Positions 14,347 to 28,719 of a stretch of DNA of 64,000 bases are shown in pieces. The notes beneath the pieces were generated by a model, which searched no databases, was not told the DNA's origin, and saw only the letters and a program-made list of their open reading frames with translations. Source of the DNA: Octopus sinensis (lineage: Eukaryota); NCBI RefSeq assembly GCF_006345805.1, contig NC_043010.1, forward strand, positions 21,638,001 to 21,702,000, in the 5' to 3' direction. Numbering within the stretch: position 1 is the first letter of the stretch; each line of letters starts with the position of its first letter. The position numbers were made by a program, and so were the translations under genes.

Positions 14347-14380
14347 TTTATTATTATTATTATTATTGTTATTATTATTA

Positions 14381-14469
<89 letters not shown>

Positions 14470-16189
14470 TTGATTGAGAGAACAATACATCCCAACAAAT
14501 TACACTGGAGTACAAATATACGCACACCAATATACCCACCTTGAGACCCGTCTGTTAAAGGTCCATCAGGTACATGCATCACTGCCGTATGTGCGTGACA
14601 TACTGATCTAATATCGAGACAAGCAACGCATGACCTTGCAGGTGAGGCCCAGGTAGAATTTTTCAGTTTGAGTAGCCCATCCCGCTCAAAAGGTTCCTGA
14701 CTAAGGGTTGTTTAAGGAATAAGACCAAAACATCCATGTTTCCAGAGGTGAATAATTCAAACCCGAAACAATCCTTCTCAACACATGGCTATGATGCTCA
14801 CCCATTACTTCTACATGTTATCTCGACTTCACTTGAGTTGTACAGTTTGTAAAATGAGAATATTATAGGCATTCCCTGATCATGTTTCTAAAGGCATGGC
14901 GAAAATGAAGGTCTCAAATTTGTTGTCAATATATTTGTGAGCGGTTCCTATAATCAGTTTCCTCCCTGGAGAATATGTATCCTTTCACATTTCAAGCATT
15001 TCATGCATTGAATAAGATTTATACTCTTATAGGTCATATTTGCATTTGTTAATATTCTTCCGGCGTTTGTGTCAATATACTGACCGGTATATATAAACTG
15101 ATATGTATCGCATCATTTGTCACTATCCTTGTTGTTCTAGTCAAATTTTATAGTTGCCAATAACCTTATATTTCGTAACTTTGATAATAGACATTTAATT
15201 CGGTGACGCTAAAGATATTTTGGCGACATGTTTTGTGTGCATCTACAAATGGTTTGATATTTTATTCTTGTATTCTTCTTTCATGCGTTGCCCTCCATTG
15301 TTCATTAGGCATTTTTTTAGCACGTTGTATAACATTTTATATAGGTAAAGATAGACATTTTTCTTCGACTAGAAATCCTTAGAGTTTTCTGAGATGTTTG
15401 CATCTGGAATTTCCTTCATCAAAAATGGTACAAATGTTTCTAGTAAGACTGTATGGAATATAACGCTTTGTGTGTGTTGGTTGGGAATGTTCAGGCAATG
15501 ATATCTCTGAAAGTTACAAAGCTGAATACAGATTCTACACGTGAGTGCTGAACACTTTCAAATTCTCTACAGATTTCGGCCAGGTTGGAAAGCAACCTTC
15601 AAGGCATCTATCTCTTCCATACACCTGTGTGTGTATGTGTGTGTGTGTACGTGTATATGTATGTGTATGTGTGCGTGAAATAAACAAACGGAACACTCAT
15701 TTACCGTACTTAGAGTTTCCCAACATACGAGTGTTCCAAGTTTGTGTAATATGCTAAATATATTCCCCTATTTTAATGTTATTGAGGGCAACTCTTTTGT
15801 TGTTTCACATGTGGTTAATCGTTTATATACATATATCTGTGCATGAGCATGCATTCTCAGACACACATACGTATTATACACGTGCCTTTTAAGATACACA
15901 TTCATATACGTGAGTGCGTGCATGTGTATTTGTAAATGTGCATTCATCTGTGTAACCATGTGTATTGCTTTCTGTAATTACTTTATTCTACAGACTCTTC
16001 AAATACATTTTCCTTCTTTTTGCTCCTTCTCAATTCTATCCTTTATCACTCGTTCACTCGGCTCTTGTACTATTCTCGCATTCATTTTTCGGTCTTTTCT
16101 TTATATTAGCTTTTCTTCAGTACTTGCCAATCTGTTTCCTTATAAATCCCTTCACTTACCAACAGGCGTTTAGCTGCCCTCCATCATCT

Positions 16190-16654
<465 letters not shown>

Positions 16655-17280
16655 GCCCTCACAAACATTTCTAACTCTCCCTGTGTTTCTCATTTTTAAC
16701 CCATTTACCAATCTGTTTACTTTCTTTCTTCCTCTTCGTCCCTGCTCTCAAACATTTCCTAGTATCTGTTTAGCTCTCTCCATCTTTCTTCTTAATGTTA
16801 CCTCACCTTTTACATCCACCCCCATACATTCTATCCGCTTTTCTTTTTCCTCCACACCTCTTCCTCTCATCATAACATATTTCATTTATGTTTTGCGTCG
16901 CTTTTCCTCTCTAGTTTTACATCATTCTCTTATATCTCCTTTCCTTTCATATATTCGTTTTCCTCTCTCACTACAAACACACATACACGCACTGCCACAC
17001 ACGCAAACACACACACACACACACACAACACACACTCACACACTCACACACATACACACACAATCAAACGTACACGCATACACTCATACATATATTTTCC
17101 GCCATCACTTCCCCCACTTCTTCGTATGCCTTTTCAATTTAAGGATGTAAGTCGCACGTAATTTTTTTTCCCCATTCGAAACATATTTTCTTTTCACGGC
17201 ACCCAATGTGACATTTTCTCAACCTTTTATACATTTAACTCCCTCTCCTGCTCCCCCTTTCTCTGCCTCCCCCTTATATA

Positions 17281-17348
<68 letters not shown>

Positions 17349-18690
17349 TTGTGTGTGTGTCTGTGTGTATCTGTGTGCATGCGTGTATGTTGTATGTATA
17401 TGTATGTATGTATGTATTTGTATGTATGAGTGGGTTGTTCTTTCTTTCTATTTTCTGAACTAAACGTTGTGAGGTTTTCTTTAAAACAAATGTCTAACTA
17501 CGTCAGCTCCTAATTACATCACTCCTTCCTTCAATCTCACCTTTCTTCGCTTTCATATTCACATTTTCTTTCCTAATCAGTCTATTTCAATATTGCATTT
17601 CACTCCTAATTCTTCTCTTTCTTCTTCAAACATTCCCATTCTATCACTCTATCATTTTCACCCTTTCTCCCTCTCTTTATATATATATATATATATATCA
17701 CTCTTGCTCTCCCTCTCTTCTTTTAACATTTTTCTCTCAATCGTCCCCCCTCACCACTTTTCTCTCTTTCAAATTCGTCCTGAAAGCAATTGCCACTGGC
17801 TTGATTAGTTCCTTAAAGTTATCCTCCACGTTCTAGTTCATTAGCAGATATATCAGTTGCCAATCGTGTCACGTGTACACCTTCGACCGTTTCCATGGCG
17901 ACAAGGCACAGCAGGCTTTAGCGATCGTAAGCATCACAAAGCAAGCGGACTGCTAACTTGCATCAGAGAATGAATGGCGCATGCACGCTTTTATATGTAG
18001 CTACACTATGTCTGTACCTCCTTTAATCGCTTCGACACCACGTTCTATTGCCGTGAATCTAAATCAATCCGCTTCTTTTACTAGATATTAACACACTCTA
18101 GCCTTCTGTTTAAAAGTGTATGTCAACAAACACACCCCAACATTACATGCATAAATACACTCATACACATAAGGCGCTAATACACACAAACACACAGATA
18201 TAGACATAATCGTATATACACACTCAGAGATACGCACGCCTATTACAATCTCCATTCCTTTCGCAATATCCTTATGTTGCGCTATTTTATCTCTATATCA
18301 ATTTGTCTTGTTTTAGTTTTCAATTTATTAGTTTCTATGGCAGCAATACAGGTAGAAAAGAAAAGAAAATCGAAACAGAGAAACAGAAAAATAACCAAAA
18401 TAAAAAAAAGACAGAAGAGAAAACATGGAAGAAATATGAAGCAATCGATAACGACGAGAGTACGGTGGAGTGAACGTTATGTAATAGTTATAATAAAGAC
18501 ATTATCTAATGTTTAATTCAGGTGGCTCACACACTTCATAGCAAATAGATAGACGTTCATACGTTCATTCCTGCGTATATATGTATACACACAAACTCAC
18601 TTGTGTAGGTAGAATATGTATACATTCATAAGTGTATAGACATACATACATATATATATACATATGTATATATGTATGTAATATATATAT

Positions 18691-18744
<54 letters not shown>

Positions 18745-18890
18745 ATATATATCTATATATATATATAGGCTTACAGGCACGTACACTCTCACACGTTACA
18801 GAAACACGTATATATTCATAGATAAATATAGGTGTACATTAAGTACATACATATCTATATAAACAGGCATATATATATATATATATACAT

Positions 18891-18991
<101 letters not shown>

Positions 18992-19256
18992 ATACATATA
19001 CGTGTATATATATACATGTCTATGTATATATATATGTATATATATGCACATGCATATATTTGCATACATATAGAGATGTATTGATGCAAACAGAAATACG
19101 TGCAAATAAAGTGGTAAAGAGAGAAAGAGAAGGAAAGAAAGACACACACACGTACACGCACAAACGTTCATATTTGATTCACAATCACATAACCTCACTT
19201 CTACTCACTCTCTTTTTCATTCTATTTCTCTCCCTCTCATTCTCTCTCGCTATCTG

Positions 19257-19318
<62 letters not shown>

Positions 19319-19332
19319 CATCCATCTCTCTC

Positions 19333-19400
<68 letters not shown>

Positions 19401-19600
19401 CTATCTATCTATCTATCTATATATATATATACACTCATATCTATATATATAATAAGTATATATATATATACATACATATATATATATATACTCATATTTA
19501 TATATATAATACGTATATATATATAAAAACATATATATATATATATATTATATATATACATATATATATATATATACACTTATAATTATATATATAATAA

Positions 19601-19634
<34 letters not shown>

Positions 19635-20131
19635 TATATATACATGTGTTATATATATATATAAAACTATATATATACACATACGTTTGTTTATTTGTTT
19701 AGAGTGTGTATATGTGTGAGAGAGAGAGAGACAGAGAGAGAGAGAGAGGAAGAGAGAGAGAAAGGTCTATGTGTTGACATACAACAAAAAAACTAGCTGA
19801 CACAGTAGTTGTTCGGTATAGCACTAATACTGAGCTGATCGAAAAGAAAACAGAATAAACAAAATCTATTCTTACGTAAGAAATCTCTTCTCTTATCACT
19901 ATTTTTATAACATTACTATTATTTTTTTTCTGTCTCTGGAAATTGAATACGTCATCTTTATAGCCTCTGCGACGCATCATATACCTTTTAACATTGTTTT
20001 CTCTCTATGTTTATGATTCGCATATGAGAAATTATCTACTAATGGTCGAGTGTATGCTAGACATGCATGCTTATATGTATATGTATATGTGTGTGTGTGT
20101 GTGTACATGTGATATATAAATATATGTATGG

Positions 20132-20173
<42 letters not shown>

Positions 20174-20174
20174 G

Positions 20175-20237
<63 letters not shown>

Positions 20238-20411
20238 TATATATTTAGATAGATATATCCTTGTGTCCCGTGTTTCTTGTATTTGTAATTGGGTATACTT
20301 AAGCAGAGATTAGGGAGACAGAAGATAGACAGCTATTTCATCACATGTATGAATACACACACAGAGAAACACGCGCACACACAAACATACAAGCAGATAC
20401 ACACACACGAA

Positions 20412-20447
<36 letters not shown>

Positions 20448-22389
20448 GTATATATGACTACGTACATACACGCATATATTAATAATATTCTTTATCTTTT
20501 CTGTTGCTTTCTAAATATATCAAATTATACATTTATCTATATACGGTCTCTCTATACATCTATGTATAAGTTCATCCATATATTTATACATATAGGGACA
20601 TGTATATGAATCGCTATATACTCACATGTTTGAATATATTAGTAAACTATAAATGATGAATGAAGAGAGCAAGGGCTGGAAGTCCATGTTCCTATATTTC
20701 ATCTCTTATATATGTTTTATTATTTTATTGTACATGATGTCACGCTATAATTGCAATCCTTAGGTGTACCTCAAAAGGGCAGCATACATAATCCCCTACC
20801 CCGTTCTCCTACCCGTCCTTCCACTGGTCTTGTACCTCCCGGGTATTTAAAAATTGACAATTGCATATTTTGTGACATCATGTATTACCGAACACTGAAA
20901 CACATGTAACGGATGTAATAAAGGAACACCAAGTTGAAGCGCATGTTCCCTTCTCTCATTATTAATGTGCTCTTTATATTACGTTGTAACCTCCCTCAGA
21001 TCGCAGAGCATCCGGGTGATCACGCAGCGGTGGAAATCTATTATGGTTACCAATAACAGGAAAAAGTTGAACATTCAATCTGTCGCTGTATCGAGAAAGC
21101 TATCAAATGTTTTTACATATCGATGATCACAATGAACTTACATTCTTCCCTTGATCACGCACTTCTGTTCCATTTGAGACCGAAGCTTTTTACTTTATCA
21201 TCTTCCAATCTTAGAAATTTTACGGACAGTTTTTTCTGATTTTTTTTGCACTACTGAACAACAGAATGGATTCACCGATTAGACTTTCAGCATATAGTGC
21301 CCAGAAAAAAACTTCTGTTATCATCTGATTAATGGAAGCACAATTTATTGTTAATAATCCTGAATTGTAAATTTTGATTTAAACTCTTAAGTTTTCATTT
21401 TTTTTATGCCGAAGACCTGCCAAATGTGGAATCGTAAAAAGGCAAATTTATTCCGATATTCGTCCGGAAATAATATGGATGTGTTGTTGTGTACAAAATC
21501 CCAAATATATCACTATCAAATAAAAAGTTGTTCAGCAGCGTTGGTGAGAATGTTAGAAGCGCATTTCTCCATCATTGAACTTAGTCAGTAGACTCTACTC
21601 ACTACCAACCGCTGGCGTTATCTATTATAATATATTATTGCTTTTCTTATGCGTAAAAGATTTTTATTCGCCCGTGTAGTTAAGTGCAATATCAATGAAT
21701 TTTAAACCACTGATTTCTATATCGTTAAGAGTCGATTTTGTGTGAAGATGCAGTTGGCAGCGAGTACATGCTACTGACAAAGCTCACGAAACAGAAATAA
21801 GTAGCCAGCGATCCCCCAAACGCTGCTGGACTACTTTTACATGCTATTTTATATGTTTTGAACACAGCACGTCCATAAATATTAACTCTGGACGATTAAT
21901 AGGATTAATTTGTCTTTTCGCGATGTATTTGCATTAGGTATGACACACAGATGGAGGCACATACACTTACACACGTACGCGCACATACACACACGTATAA
22001 TTATGTAAGCATGTATATATATCTGAAAGGTTAATAGATTTCACAGGTGTAAATTTATTTTTAAAAAAAACGGCAAAGATAATACTTTCAGAAAGGCATA
22101 AGAGAGACAAGCAAGAAATATTTACATTTTTTTATCAAAATATCCTCCCAGTTTCATCGCTTTAAAGACGATTTATTCATGCCGAACTAAAAGAAAATAT
22201 AAAATTGTAATAATTTAAATCAAACTAAACTCTTCTTTCATGATACCAGTTTCGGAAAGCCAAATGTAAAAGCTTGAGATCTTCATGGTGGTGCTGGCGT
22301 TTCATTTCCTCCTGCAGGTTGATGGGTTGAAGTGGTAGTCATAGCAAGATTGGACCTGTCTGTCTGTCTGTCTGCCTGCCCGCCGCCCC

Positions 22390-22783
<394 letters not shown>

Positions 22784-22955
22784 AATATTAGGGAATAAAT
22801 CCAAATTTACAGGGAAAAATCAGATTTAGGATTAAATCCAATTTTATAGTAAAATATTATATAATATTATTAGAGACAAAACCACTATTTTGCAAAACAA
22901 ACAAGGAAAGACTTAATCAATACATAAAAGTTTAATAAAAAGTCAAAAAAAACCG

Positions 22956-22998
22956 CCACTACAATTGTTTCTTGTCCTGATCGACAATCTTCAGGTGG
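22956..22998 (-). ncRNA. Type I hammerhead ribozyme (minimal, palindromic stem III)
   Basis: Exact reverse complement of 23054-23096. Confidence 0.75.
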
Positions 22999-23053
22999 AC
23001 TTCCAATTTTCACGTCAGTTTTAAATTATGAAACTGACTTGAAAATTGGAAGT

Positions 23054-23096
23054 CCACCTGAAGATTGTCGATCAGGACAAGAAACAATTGTAGTGG
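23054..23096 (+). ncRNA. Type I hammerhead ribozyme (minimal, palindromic stem III)
   Basis: CCAC-CTGAAGA-TTGTC(GATCAG)GACAA-GAAA-CAATTGT-A|GTGG. Stem I CCAC/GTGG, 5 bp stem II, self-complementary stem III ACAATTGT, GUA cleavage triplet. Confidence 0.75.
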
Positions 23097-23325
23097 CGGT
23101 TTTTTTTACTTTTATTAACATTTTATGTATTGATTAAGTCTTTCCTTGTTTGTTTTGCAAAATAGTGGTTTTGTCTCTAATAATATTATATATATATATT
23201 ATATATATATATATATATATTATAATATATATATATAATATATATATATAATATTATTAGAGACAAAACCACTATATTATTAGAGACAAAACCACTATAT
23301 ATATATATATTATATATATATATAT

Positions 23326-23359
<34 letters not shown>

Positions 23360-23459
23360 GGGGGGGCAGGCAGACAGGTCCAATCTTGCTATGACTACCA
23401 CTTCAACCCATCAACCTGCAGAAGGAAATGAAACGCCAGCACCACCATGAAGATCTCAT

Positions 23460-23550
23460 GTGGCGGTTTATTTAATTTATATTAAAATTTTATGTATTGA
23501 TTAAGTCTTTCCTTGTTTGGTTTTAAAATAGTGGTTTTGTCTCGAATTAT
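23460..23550 (+). mobile_element. Third, more diverged copy of the 23054 pLTR, starting at the predicted cleavage site
   Basis: GTGGCGGTTT..TTTTATGTATTGATTAAGTCTTTCCTTGTTTG..AATAGTGGTTTTGTCTC followed by (TA)n; aligns to 23093-23180. Confidence 0.8.
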
Positions 23551-23568
23551 ATTATATATATATATATA

Positions 23569-24304
23569 TAGCAATTAAGGACAACTACTTAATAAGGAAA
23601 ACTTAACAAGAAATTGTCAGGTAGATAGCGTGGAAACCTCATAAGAGAAAAAATTTCGAAAATAATTATTTCTTATTGAACATATTAATTTATATATAGA
23701 GGGCATTATACATACATGCCAGAAGGCATTATACATACAAGCCACACGCTAAGAGGGACAATTAGTCATTTCTACCAAAAATATTACTAATCCTACCGAA
23801 TGCAATTTTTCAAAGTAAGACATTTAAAAAATTATAGACCTGTATCACAGTGATTTCATACTTACGTATTCATCAGCAGGCCTGAATGTATTATAAATAA
23901 ACAACGACCCTGCCCTGCTTAAGCCGATCAGCTAACTGATCAACATCAACGAAGCACATGGGTGAGTTTACATATATTACATCCGGATAAATGGCAAACT
24001 TTTACGAATTGCATTTCGGGAGAGGAAAAGTTTTTTCGGAATAAAAATTTAGCAATTAAGGACAACTACTTAATAAGGAAAACTTAACAAGAAATTGTCA
24101 GGTAGATAGCGTGGAAACCTCATAAGAGAAAAAATTTCGAAAATAATTATTTCTTATTGAATTTTTTAAATGTCTTACTTTGAAAAATTGCATTCGGTAG
24201 GATTAGTAATATTTTTGGTAGAAATGACTAATTGTCCCTCTTAGCGTGTGGCTTGTATGTATAATGCCTTCTGGCATGTATGTATAATGCCCTCTATATA
24301 TAAT

Positions 24305-24305
<1 letters not shown>
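23569..24305. mobile_element. Second hammerhead element family: 112 bp direct repeat plus ~145 bp inverted repeat
   Basis: 23569-23680 = 24050-24161 (offset 481). ~23690-23833 is the reverse complement of 24160-24305. (TA)n flanks. Confidence 0.8.
23838..23881 (-). ncRNA. Type I hammerhead ribozyme
   Basis: Minus strand GCCTG-CTGATGA-ATAC(GTAA)GTAT-GAAA-TCACTGTGAT-A|CAGGT. Stem I CCTG/CAGG, stem II ATAC/GTAT, stem III ATCAC/GTGAT, AUA triplet. Confidence 0.8.
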
Positions 24306-24336
<31 letters not shown>

Positions 24337-25536
24337 ATATATATAATATATATAATATATATATATATATACATATATATATGAAATTATATATATTGGA
24401 AATTTTGATTCGTATATTAATGACTGGAGAAAATTTTGATAAATCAAGAATTCGTTGTATAATTTTGATATATCCCGATCTGTCTATGTTAGCCTGTGTT
24501 ACTTAAATACTTTGATTCATTTTGTTTAAATTATGCAAATTATTTAGGCCATAAATGTGTTCTACTCTTTTGGGGTATATCTAAGTCCCTTGCTTCTGGA
24601 ATGAGGGAATTGTTTCCTGATGACGGCCATTGGACCAGAACACATGTTTGTCGACTGGCCACACATCTACTGATATTGAACTTGTCCTTTCCTTTAATGG
24701 CGTATCATCATTGGAGAATTCTCGAATTTTGAAATTATCTCCCCTTCTCATGGAGAGCTGGACTTATCTACCCTTTGGTAAATATGATACATCCTGCAGA
24801 GAATGAAGGAGATGATAATAAATCAAGAATTTTTTCATTGTATGGTATTTGATATACCTGTATTTATCTTTTAAAATGTTCACTGTATGGAGAATATAAA
24901 TGTTCCAAGAATAACTCATTGATACTATCTGTAATAAAAAGAAAAAAAACATGTTCACTTTGAGATAGCATATTTAAATTCTAGACTGACAAAACATTAT
25001 CTAGAAATAATTATGGCGGGATTGACGAAGTTAGTAAATGGCTAATATTTCTTAAATTAATTTGGTAATTCTGAAAATAGGTCAGTACACAAAAGTATAT
25101 TTAAATAGGTATACCGACTGACATTTATAAGAACACTATACTAAATATACCGATTTATGTAATAAATAGCACATTCTTGACTAAATAACATTTTCTGTAA
25201 CTAAGAAATTAAAAGATAAAAAAAATCTCAGAAACCCAAGAATGAAGACATATCTAATACCTGTCAGTGAATATCAAATCTTCCTTTCAGCTACTTCACT
25301 ATTCCTCTCACCTCTCTCTCTCTCTCTCTTATCACTCTCTTTCCCTCTCTTTCAGAAGTACCTTCATACATGTGCACATGTACACGCACACATATATATA
25401 TATGTATGTATATTTATGTGTGTTTATAAATGTATGAGTGTTTGTGTGTGTGCGTGTATATATATAAATATAAATATAAATATATATATACATATATATG
25501 TATATAAATATATAAATATGTAAATGTATATATATA

Positions 25537-25590
<54 letters not shown>

Positions 25591-25663
25591 ATATATATAT
25601 ACATGCATATGTATGCATATATGTGTATAAATCTATCCCCTTATCTACTCCGCTTTCGCTCTT

Positions 25664-25736
<73 letters not shown>

Positions 25737-26670
25737 ACATGTAAGTATATATGATATATATATATGTGTGTACATTCACACGCGGGTGTATTTTTGCTCG
25801 GTGTATGTGTTCCTATATGTGTGTGTGTATGTGTGTGTGCAGGTGTGTGTCTATATGTAAATGATACAATTTTTCCTATGTGTGATTTGAAGTGACCTAG
25901 TTCTACTGGGACCGTATCAGTCGAAACAAAACTAGCTACTGATGAAGAAAATATATTTCTTAAGAAAAAAAAAGAAAGAAAGAAGGAAAGAAAGAAAGAC
26001 TAAAATCAATAGAATTATCATCAACTAATGGAAATATAATATTAGTTATGGAATTACTATTTCAATGAAGATTATCCCTTACAGCTGCACTGGCATAGAT
26101 TTGTGTGTTTGTTCTTTGTTTAATTCTTTGTTATCTTCAAGCCTTACGCTTTATACGTTGGTGATGCTAATGATAGTGATGACGTTAATGGTTTCGGAGT
26201 CAATGCTAATTTTGCTGCTCGTGATGCTGCTGCTGTAGATGGTAGACATGATGCTGATATAAACCAATCAACCAATGAAAATCCATAGCCTTGGGAGTCC
26301 GCAGATGAGCAGCCAGAGACGCTGTTTCGTTGAACTGCGTCATCACCTTGTAAGCAGAAGCTGATAAGCTGGTAGTGCTTATCTCCTCGTCTCTTCCTTT
26401 GGTTGGCCGTTGGCTTCCCTATGAGAGATTTTCGTAATTTGACAAATTTTATTTTTATTCCTACACCACCTTCATGCTCCCCCCCCGCCACACTCTTTTA
26501 TTGATTGAAGTGGTTGAAGCGAGTGAGGGCATGCGATTTAGAATACTCGAGCAGCAAGTAGGTTGTACAGTATCACATATTAATAGTAGCAGGTAGAACA
26601 GGATTTTAACCAAATGAAAAGGAGGTGTAACTAGTATCGCACCTGTAAACCTGTATATATGAAGATATAT

Positions 26671-26708
<38 letters not shown>

Positions 26709-27896
26709 GTTACCTTCTATAATCATACTGAAACATAAGGGCCGGTTTCCCGGCGCATAAATTCCCCACCTGGGCGGAACGTGTTGCTCAAAAATCACAA
26801 CGCGTTGCTCAGTCTAGTAATTGAAACCACAATCTTACAGTTATGAGTCGAACACCCCTAACCATTAAGCCACGCGCCTCTACACTGTTGTGAAGCTATA
26901 CTAGGCTATTAACATATCGTATATTTTCATATCGTGAAAGCCCGTGGCCTACTGGTTAGGGTAGTGTGCTCACGATTGCTAGAACATGTGTTCGATTCCC
27001 GGGGAGGAAAAGCGCTTGTCAAAATGCGCCGATCACAAATACGCTTTGGATCGTTTTAGCTTCTGAACGGTGCTCACCTACTGGCTAGGCGAGCGGGCCA
27101 ACATTCTCCCTGATCGGAAAGCTAGACTGTCTTAAGGTAACACATCTACAGCTGAGTGGACTGGATCAACGTGAAATGAAGTGTCTTGCTCAAGAACACA
27201 ACACATAGCTCTGTCCTGGAATCGAACCGACGACTAAGCAGTCGTGATAGTAACACGCGGGATCATGCGACTTCACGTGGTAGAAAATACATAAGGAAAA
27301 TACTGTCAACTTGCGGTTCGGTCGAATCTGGATTTTTCAAAAATATATATAAAAGTTGATTCGTTTGACTGAACCCGTTAAGGTGGTGCCTCAGTATGGC
27401 CGCAGTTCAATGACGGAAACAAGTAGGAGATAAAAGCCAAAAAAGAAATGAAATTCGAAGAAAATGATTATGTAAAATCTATGACGGAAAGCAGTAGAGA
27501 ATGGTTAAAGGAGAAAACCTTTAGCTCATTGGCAAAGTAGCCGATGTTTCACATCATTATATATTATTGATATTAAATATGTTGCTGTGACAACAAGCTG
27601 TTGAAAGCAGCGGTTCTTAAATTGATGGTAATGTTGTAATAATTACGGTATGATGTTTGGTATTTAAGCTTCTTTTCAATTGTATTACACACGCGCACAC
27701 ACTTGAATTTGCCTGCGGACCACCGTACATAACTACACATGGAAAGAGACCAAGAAACGTACAGGTGGGTACACGAACGGATACATATGTACAGAATCCT
27801 ATAGACGTAGACGTGTTTCTCTTTTTATTTGTGTGTAAACTTGTCTGTATGTATTCGTGCGTTCATACAATTCTTACATACACATACAGATACATG

Positions 27897-28190
27897 TGGA
27901 GGCGCAATGGCCCAGTGGTTAGGGTAGCGGACTCGCGGTTTCGATTCACAGACCGGGTGTTCTGAGTGTTTATTGAGCGGAAACACCTAAAACACCACGA
28001 GGCTCCGGCAGGGTTTGGTGGCGATCCGTGCTGTACTCTTTCGCTATAACTTTATCTCACTCCTTCTGTTGGCCTGCTCGCTTAGCTAGTGGGGCGGCGT
28101 CATTTGAAGGCTAAAACAATGCGAAGCGCATTGTCACCAGCAACGTGTAGCAACATCTGACAGCCTGGTCGGTCATGGTGATCACAGTGA
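27897..28190 (+). mobile_element. tRNA-derived SINE, family S3 (GGAGGCGCAATGGCCCAGTGGTTAGG head)
   Basis: A-box-like TGGCCCAGTGG and B-box-like GTTTCGATTC; same head at 37098 and 50474. Confidence 0.85.
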
Positions 28191-28342
28191 TCACATATAG
28201 ACACGTATGAGTTATACATATGAATGTATACAGCGGTATATATATATATATATATCATTGAAGCCAAGACTCTCATACTATCCTAGTTTGTATGTGTGTG
28301 TGCTTGTGACACACATCTTAGATTTTAAAATTGCACAAACAG

Positions 28343-28500
28343 GAGTGGCTGTGTGGTAAGAGGCCTGCATCCAGATCACATCGTTCCAGGTTCAGTCTTA
28401 CACTATGCCACTTGGGCAAGTGTCATCTACTATAGCTTCGGGCTGGCCAAAGCCCTATGAGTGGATTCGGTGGACAGAAATTGAAAGAAACTCACCGTAC
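28343..28500 (+). mobile_element. SINE family S2, 5' half
   Basis: GGAGTGGCTGTGTGGTAAG..GGTTCAGTC..CACTTGGGCAAGTGTCATCTACTATAGC. Confidence 0.8.
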
Positions 28501-28507
28501 ACACACA

Positions 28508-28627
<120 letters not shown>

Positions 28628-28719
28628 GAGTGTCTATACACATGTGTGTGCGTCGTTGTTACTAGTAGCACTTTGACACTCCCCTCACCTCCGTCCTGTC
28701 CCCCATTGCTACCGCCCTT

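Larger units (their letters stand above)
22782..23192. mobile_element. Palindromic Penelope-like pLTR element with two back-to-back hammerheads
   Basis: Arms 22858-23021 and 23031-23192 around a 9 nt loop (TAAATTATG). A ~75 bp tail is present on the left only. (TA)n flanks. Confidence 0.8.

Noticed and set aside
14830-15540. Possible decayed Penelope RT/GIY-YIG on the minus strand
   Set aside because: Only a faint C..FYIGQ-like trace after assuming several indels; needs a profile search.
20880-20925. GAAACACATGTAACGG, resembling a hammerhead 3' half
   Set aside because: No CUGANGA core upstream.
24613-24650. CTGATGA-CGGCCATTGGACCA-GAACACATGT hammerhead-like string
   Set aside because: GAAA is broken and stem I does not pair. 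At best a decayed remnant, so it is not called.
25935-25975. CTGATGA-AGAAA(ATATA)TTTCT-TAAGAAA
   Set aside because: No stem III or cleavage triplet; plausible by chance in AT-rich DNA.
27897-27960. tRNA gene
   Set aside because: The A/B-box head continues into a SINE body seen at other loci and does not form a complete cloverleaf.
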